Shown piece after piece: positions 58,999 to 64,000 of a stretch of DNA of 64,000 bases (its first letter is position 1; each line of letters begins with the position of its first letter). The stretch lies in contig CAWGLD010000001.1 of NCBI GenBank assembly GCA_963823335.1, forward strand, positions 1,632,001-1,696,000, given 5' to 3'. The notes beneath the pieces were generated by a model. That model did not search any database and was not told where the DNA came from. It saw nothing but the letters and a program-made list of their open reading frames with translations. The translations under genes and the position numbers were made by a program. Source of the stretch: an uncultured delta proteobacterium (GTDB lineage: Bacteria; Desulfobacterota; Desulfobacteria; Desulfobacterales; B30-G6).

Positions 58999-60282
58999 TC
59001 AATATTCGTATTTTAAAACAACCGTAAGCCGGGCATCGTTGTCAAAATAAGGATCCGAGCTGTAATCCCCTGAAATCGAAAGCTGGAGCGTGTCTTCCAG
59101 AAGGTGCTTTCCGCCGCCCAGGGAAACGAACCAGGAGTGGTCTTTGCCGTAAATGTCTTTATTGTACTGAATAAAAAGAATATCGGAGCTCATAAACCAG
59201 CTTTCAGCTGTATTGAAAGGCCCATTCCAGAACAGATAGCCCCGCCCGAGGCGATACCGGTTTTCACTCGACTCGCCATCCATGATGCCGCCTTCGAGGC
59301 CATAGCGGATTGTATCGTTTGGATAGAAATTCAAAATAGCTGCCATGTATAGGCTGGTTTCACTGCGCTGATCATAATCGTACTGTTGGATTCTGATGCC
59401 TGCATCGAATGCTGGATTCTGCTGCCAGATAACATCAGTACCAATGAGCGCGAGTTTTTCTTCTGTTTTCTGCAGAAAACGAAAAGGCTGAAAATCTGTG
59501 TCCTCATCTGTAAAATAGTCTTCGAACCGATATGCCTGGTAAACCGGCTTCAGCAGCAGAGAATCCAGGGTAAAGGCGGCTTCATAGGTGTGCTCTCGCC
59601 ATTGATTGGTTTCAATGTTCCAGCTGGAGATGCCCAGCAGTGTCAGACGGGTGCTGAAACTGAAGGACGTGTCCAGACCCAGCGTATTTTCGATGATCTC
59701 ACTGTCATCGGTGATTCTTTTGTATGACAGGCCTATTTCACTGAACTGGCCGGTAGAAAAAGCTGCCCGGCCACCTAGGAAGCTGTCACCAGAGCGGCCG
59801 TTTTCTTCTTCCAGGGCGACCGGAACACCTCCGAACAGTTCGACGCTCACCCGGGGGCTGAACATTCCCAGAACCCCGATGCCATCGATACTATCATTGA
59901 TGATTCCTGAAAAAACATGCTGTCTGCCGATTTTAAGATTAAACCCGTTGGCAGGGGGCATATATTCGACATACCCGTAGAGCAGTTCCCCGTCGGTATC
60001 ATCCTCGTAATAGTCGCCATCTCCCGTATCCGCGCGCAACCATCCGTGAAGATGGAGAGAAAGCCCTTTGGTCTCGATATGTCCGTAATCAAGCTGCATG
60101 TATTCATAAACGGGAATTACCTGCCGGGATGCGCCTTTGTCGGTTTCCCACTCAAAGGCAGACAAAATAGTTTCGCTTTTCACGTGGAGCTCAGGCTCTT
60201 CTGCCGAGATGGAAAATGACAGCATCAACAGCAGTATCAGGATCGAAAACATCTGAGCGCTAATTTTGGTATGTGTCGTCAA
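58999..60282 (-). CDS. Outer-membrane beta-barrel (porin-like) protein
   Basis: Signal peptide, KIGRQ..IDG, alternating aromatic strands, C-terminal LKYEY. Confidence 0.8.
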   Translation of the reverse strand: MTTHTKISAQMFSILILLLMLSFSISAEEPELHVKSETILSAFEWETDKGASRQVIPVYEYMQLDYGHIETKGLSLHLHGWLRADTGDGDYYEDDTDGELLYGYVEYMPPANGFNLKIGRQHVFSGIINDSIDGIGVLGMFSPRVSVELFGGVPVALEEENGRSGDSFLGGRAAFSTGQFSEIGLSYKRITDDSEIIENTLGLDTSFSFSTRLTLLGISSWNIETNQWREHTYEAAFTLDSLLLKPVYQAYRFEDYFTDEDTDFQPFRFLQKTEEKLALIGTDVIWQQNPAFDAGIRIQQYDYDQRSETSLYMAAILNFYPNDTIRYGLEGGIMDGESSENRYRLGRGYLFWNGPFNTAESWFMSSDILFIQYNKDIYGKDHSWFVSLGGGKHLLEDTLQLSISGDYSSDPYFDNDARLTVVLKYEY

Positions 60283-60400
60283 GCGGCCATCCTTAAGCTA
60301 ACAACCCTGATGATACATGAATTCTTCCTTTTTGTAAAACATGAAAAAAGAACCGCAACAGCGGGCACATTTCCCATGGCTTGCTGTGATGTTTGTTAAT

Positions 60401-60420
60401 AAATGAATTTTTATTCATTT
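60401..60420. promoter_or_regulatory. Secondary TetR/FadR-like operator
   Basis: AAATGAAT-TTTT-ATTCATTT palindrome. Confidence 0.55.
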
Positions 60421-60544
60421 TTTTTGCGGGCTGTTAAAAACAGAGCTGAAAACATGTTCTCCATAGTAAAAATAATCTTTATCATGCTGATAAATTAGAT
60501 TATTTAAAAATAACAGTCTCTGGAATCGAAACGGAAAAATTGGC

Positions 60545-60591
60545 TTGACAAGTACTTTTATAGGGGCTAAATTGAATGAATATTCATTCAT
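60545..60591 (+). promoter_or_regulatory. Sigma70 promoter and FadR-like operator
   Basis: TTGACA-17bp-TAAATT followed by the perfect palindrome TGAATGAATATTCATTCA (60573-60590). Confidence 0.8.
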
Positions 60592-60623
60592 AAAATTTAG
60601 ACCTGTGCTCCCGGAGGTGCGAC

Positions 60624-61229
60624 ATCAATAAAAAACGTAAAGAAAATGATAAATACCATCGCATACTCGAGGCGGCTATCAAGATATTTGCCGAAAACGG
60701 GTTCTTTCAGTCGACCATTGCTCAGATTGCCAAAGAAGCCGGCGTGGCTGATGGCACCATCTATCTTTATTTCAAAAACAAAGATGATATTCTGGTTCAG
60801 TTCTTCAATTACAAGACCAAGCAGGTTTTCGGGCGCTTCAGGGAAGAGGTGGACAAGGCCGAAGATGCCATCGATAAACTTCGAAACCTGATCCGGCGTC
60901 ATCTGGAAGAGTTTCAGGCGGACCGGAATATGGCCATTCTCTACCAGTCGGAGACACACCAGCGCACACGCATGGTGGAAGATCAGATCCGGGAAATGTC
61001 GATTATGTACCTGGACATTGTCACTGAAATTGTGGAACGGGGTCAGGCACAAGGGCGTATGCGCAAAGATCTTTATCTGAGCCTGGTCAAGCGGTTTATC
61101 TTGGGGGCGGTGGATGAGGTCATCAATACCTGGCTTCATTCAGATGGGGAATATGACCTGGTAAGCATGACCGAGCCACTGGTGTCGCTCTTTATTAATG
61201 GTATCGGGAGCACTGAAACCAAGCTTTAA
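60624..61229 (+). CDS. TetR family regulator (FadR/YsiA-like), probable ATC start
   Basis: HTH KYHRILEAAIKIFAENGF...IAKEAGVADGTIYLYFKNK extends upstream of GTG 60744; GGAGGT lies 5 nt before ATC 60624. Confidence 0.88.
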   Translation: MNKKRKENDKYHRILEAAIKIFAENGFFQSTIAQIAKEAGVADGTIYLYFKNKDDILVQFFNYKTKQVFGRFREEVDKAEDAIDKLRNLIRRHLEEFQADRNMAILYQSETHQRTRMVEDQIREMSIMYLDIVTEIVERGQAQGRMRKDLYLSLVKRFILGAVDEVINTWLHSDGEYDLVSMTEPLVSLFINGIGSTETKL

Positions 61230-61260
61230 GCTAAAAAAAACATAACCAAGGAGAGAAAAA

Positions 61261-63078
61261 ATGGCACAACTACTTGCGGATCGAAGGGATGTCGATTTTG
61301 TCCTTCACGAACAGCTGGATATCGCACGCGTCAGCAAACATGAAGTCTTTGCAGAATTTAACAGAAAAACCATCGACTTGATCGTTACCGAGGCGCGAAA
61401 TCTGGCAATCAAGGAGATTTTGCCCACACGTGAAATCGGTGACAGGGAAGGCACCCGCTTCGAAAACGGTCAGGTAACCGTCCCCAAGGAATTTCACAAA
61501 GCCTATGAACTCTTTGTCGAGGGTGAATGGCTGGCCATGACCGAAGACCCGGAATGGGGTGGTCAGGGGATGCCGAGAACAGTGGCTCTCTCGGCCGGAG
61601 ACTATTTCAATGCTGCCAATTATGCCTTCATGATGTACCCGGGCTTGACCCACGGTGCCGGAAAGCTTGTGGAGTCATTTGGAACGGACAAACTCAAGAA
61701 GACCTTTCTCAAAAAAATGTATACAGGCAAGTGGACCGGGACCATGCTGCTGACGGAGCCGGAGGCTGGATCGGATGTAGGGGCATTGACCACGACGGCG
61801 ACCAGAAATGAAGACGGGACCTACAGCATTGCCGGCAGCAAGATTTTCATTTCTTCAGGTGAACACGATCTTTCTGAGAATATCATCCATCCGGTTCTTG
61901 CACGTATCGAAGGGGCGCCGGAGGGCACCAAGGGCATCTCCCTGTTTCTGGTTCCCAAAATATGGGTCAATGATGACGGCAGTCTGGGCGAACCGAACGA
62001 TGTTGTCTGTACCGGTACGGAAGAAAAGATGGGAATTCATGGCAATTCAACCTGCTCTTTGACACTGGGTGGCAAGGGCAATTGCCGGGGTATGCTGCTG
62101 GGAGAAGAAAACAAAGGCATGCGGGCCATGTTTCTGATGATGAACGAAGCCCGGCTTCTTGTGGGGCTTCAGGCCTTGAGCTGTGCCAGCGCCTCCTATC
62201 TTAATGCCGTCAATTATGCCCGGGAGCGCGTTCAGGGTAAACATCTTCTGAGCTTCATGGACGAAAACGCAACCGCAGTACCCATTATACAGCACCCGGA
62301 TATCCGGCGTCAGCTGCTGACCATGAAAGCCTATGTCGAGGGCATGCGAAGCCTGCTGTACTATGTGGCCTATTGCGACGACATGATCGAAATTTCAGAC
62401 GACGATGCGGAAAAAGCCAAGTACAAGGGGCTTGTGGATATCCTGATTCCCCTGGCCAAGGGCTATGTTTCAGATCATGCATATGATGTATGCAATATCG
62501 GTATGCAGGTGTACGGTGGGTATGGATACATAAGGGAATACCCCCAGGAACAACTTGTCCGGGACTGTAGAATTACCATGATATACGAGGGTACCAACGG
62601 CATCCAGGCCATGGACCTTTTGGGCAGAAAACTTGGCATGAACGAAGGCAAGCCGATTATGGATCTTCTGGGAGAAGTCCAGTCGGTGATCGCCATGGCC
62701 AAGGCCATTCCGTCTCTGACGGATCTTGCGGAAAAGCTCACCGAGACCGTCAACAGGCTGGGTGAGGTTGCCATACACATGGGCAAGACAGCCATGTCTG
62801 AAAAGGCCTTGGATGCCTTTGCATTTGCCTATCCCTTCATGGAGGTCATGGGTGATGTCACCATGGCCTGGATGTTGCTCTGGCGGGCATCCATTGCAGC
62901 CAAACGCCTGGACGAGGGAGCAAAGAAAAAAGATCAGGCCTTTTATGAGGGCCAAACCAGGAGTGCTGAATTTTTTATCCATTCGATACTGCCGGTCAGT
63001 ATGGGCAAAATGAATGCAATTCTGAACTGCAACGATGCCATTACCCGTATTTCAGAAGATGCCTTTGGCGGGAAATAA
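61261..63078 (+). CDS. Acyl-CoA dehydrogenase (long form)
   Basis: TMLLTEPEAGSD, KIFISSG, EEKMGIHG, GGYGY, IYEGTNGIQ. Confidence 0.95.
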   Translation: MAQLLADRRDVDFVLHEQLDIARVSKHEVFAEFNRKTIDLIVTEARNLAIKEILPTREIGDREGTRFENGQVTVPKEFHKAYELFVEGEWLAMTEDPEWGGQGMPRTVALSAGDYFNAANYAFMMYPGLTHGAGKLVESFGTDKLKKTFLKKMYTGKWTGTMLLTEPEAGSDVGALTTTATRNEDGTYSIAGSKIFISSGEHDLSENIIHPVLARIEGAPEGTKGISLFLVPKIWVNDDGSLGEPNDVVCTGTEEKMGIHGNSTCSLTLGGKGNCRGMLLGEENKGMRAMFLMMNEARLLVGLQALSCASASYLNAVNYARERVQGKHLLSFMDENATAVPIIQHPDIRRQLLTMKAYVEGMRSLLYYVAYCDDMIEISDDDAEKAKYKGLVDILIPLAKGYVSDHAYDVCNIGMQVYGGYGYIREYPQEQLVRDCRITMIYEGTNGIQAMDLLGRKLGMNEGKPIMDLLGEVQSVIAMAKAIPSLTDLAEKLTETVNRLGEVAIHMGKTAMSEKALDAFAFAYPFMEVMGDVTMAWMLLWRASIAAKRLDEGAKKKDQAFYEGQTRSAEFFIHSILPVSMGKMNAILNCNDAITRISEDAFGGK

Positions 63079-63254
63079 TAAATTTTAGGTGTTATCAACC
63101 AAGAATACCGGAAGTATATGCCATCTGAAGGGGCTTGCCCGGGTGGCGGTTTTATGGTAACGACTTCTGCGGTTATGAAACAGATTTAGGGTGAACCATG
63201 GCTCAATAAAATCTTTGCACGTTTTTATGCGGGTATAGAAAAGGATACGATTCA

Positions 63255-64000
63255 ATGGAAACTGTTTTGATTCCACCGGCCAGCGCATATTTTCTCGGAA
63301 TACCGACCATCGTTTTTTCATTTCTGATTCCCATCGCGGGTATCGTCATTTTTTCGTATATAATGGGTATGCGGGTGATGCCGTTGTTGAAAGCGGCACC
63401 GGAAAACCGCTGGAACCGCTTTGGTGAACGATTCAGAAATCTGGTGAAGATCTGGCTGTTTCAATACCGTCAGCCACGCTATCTGTTGGCGGGTGTGCTG
63501 CATATCGTAATTTTTGCCGGCTTCCTCATTTTGAGTATTCGTTCCACTTCACTGGTGATTCTTGGCATTTCGGAAAACTTTGTTTTTCCCGGGCTGGGAG
63601 GCCCCTTAGGGACTGTTTACAATCTGTTCAAAGACTATGCCGCCACCATGGTCCTGGTGGCCTGTGTCATCGCCATGGTCCGCAGGGGTATCTTGACGCC
63701 TGAAAGATATGCCGTTCCGGAACGTTATGGAAAAGATCATACCGCGGAAGCCGTTTTCGTTCTCTGCATCATATCGACGCTCATGATTTCCGAGAGCCTG
63801 TTTGAGGCCAGTGCCGCGGTGGCCCAGTCCCAGAAGGGCTTACATGCTGAGTTCATCGCGCCGTTCAGTATCGCCTGGCTCTTCAAGATTCTGATGGGCG
63901 ATGCAAGTGTGGGGACATTGCAGACAACCCACCTGGTCACATATTATATTCATGATGTCACCTTCTTTTATTTTCTGTGTTTTCTCCCCCTGGGAAAGCA
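63255..64000 (+). CDS. Membrane Fe-S oxidoreductase N-terminus (FadF/DUF224-like), truncated by the window end
   Basis: METVLIPP... frame open to the window end; AGVLHIVIFAGF, TM helices, conserved His; follows the acyl-CoA dehydrogenase. Confidence 0.75.
   Translation, partial: METVLIPPASAYFLGIPTIVFSFLIPIAGIVIFSYIMGMRVMPLLKAAPENRWNRFGERFRNLVKIWLFQYRQPRYLLAGVLHIVIFAGFLILSIRSTSLVILGISENFVFPGLGGPLGTVYNLFKDYAATMVLVACVIAMVRRGILTPERYAVPERYGKDHTAEAVFVLCIISTLMISESLFEASAAVAQSQKGLHAEFIAPFSIAWLFKILMGDASVGTLQTTHLVTYYIHDVTFFYFLCFLPLGK

Noticed and set aside
60355-60395. Possible c-di-GMP riboswitch or sigma54 promoter upstream of the porin gene
   Set aside because: Neither the riboswitch consensus nor correct -24/-12 spacing is present

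Overview
Mostly core-chromosome DNA of an anaerobic Desulfobacterota (Desulfobacterales-like) bacterium. The taxonomy is inferred from gene content: Sec-FDH, Hdr/Mvh/MetFV and a FadF-like Fe-S protein. There are about 50 CDSs (purine and cell-wall genes, tRNA-Leu, pheA, pruA-aceEF-lpdA, msrAB, rnd, thrS, class I lysS, fatty-acid catabolism). I saw no CRISPR array, integrase or transposase. Features the ORF track misses or splits: (1) four in-frame UGA codons, each at a conserved Cys position and followed by a SECIS-like hairpin. They join fragments into a Sec-formate dehydrogenase and a triple-selenoprotein hdrL(A)-mvhD-hdrD-metV-metF operon, a candidate electron-bifurcating methylene-THF reductase. 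(2) A sigma70 promoter with tandem NrdR-like boxes in front of a roughly 125-nt structured non-coding unit that carries an exposed anti-Shine-Dalgarno tract. (3) A Phe/Tyr attenuator, followed by a DAHP-synthase remnant, upstream of pheA. (4) A FadR-like TetR that appears to start at ATC. (5) A minimal porin plus pentaheme lipoprotein pair. (6) A DHH-like/CPBP fusion. (7) Several families of intergenic palindromic, MITE-like and heptamer/octamer repeats. All calls are by eye from motifs; no database searches were run.
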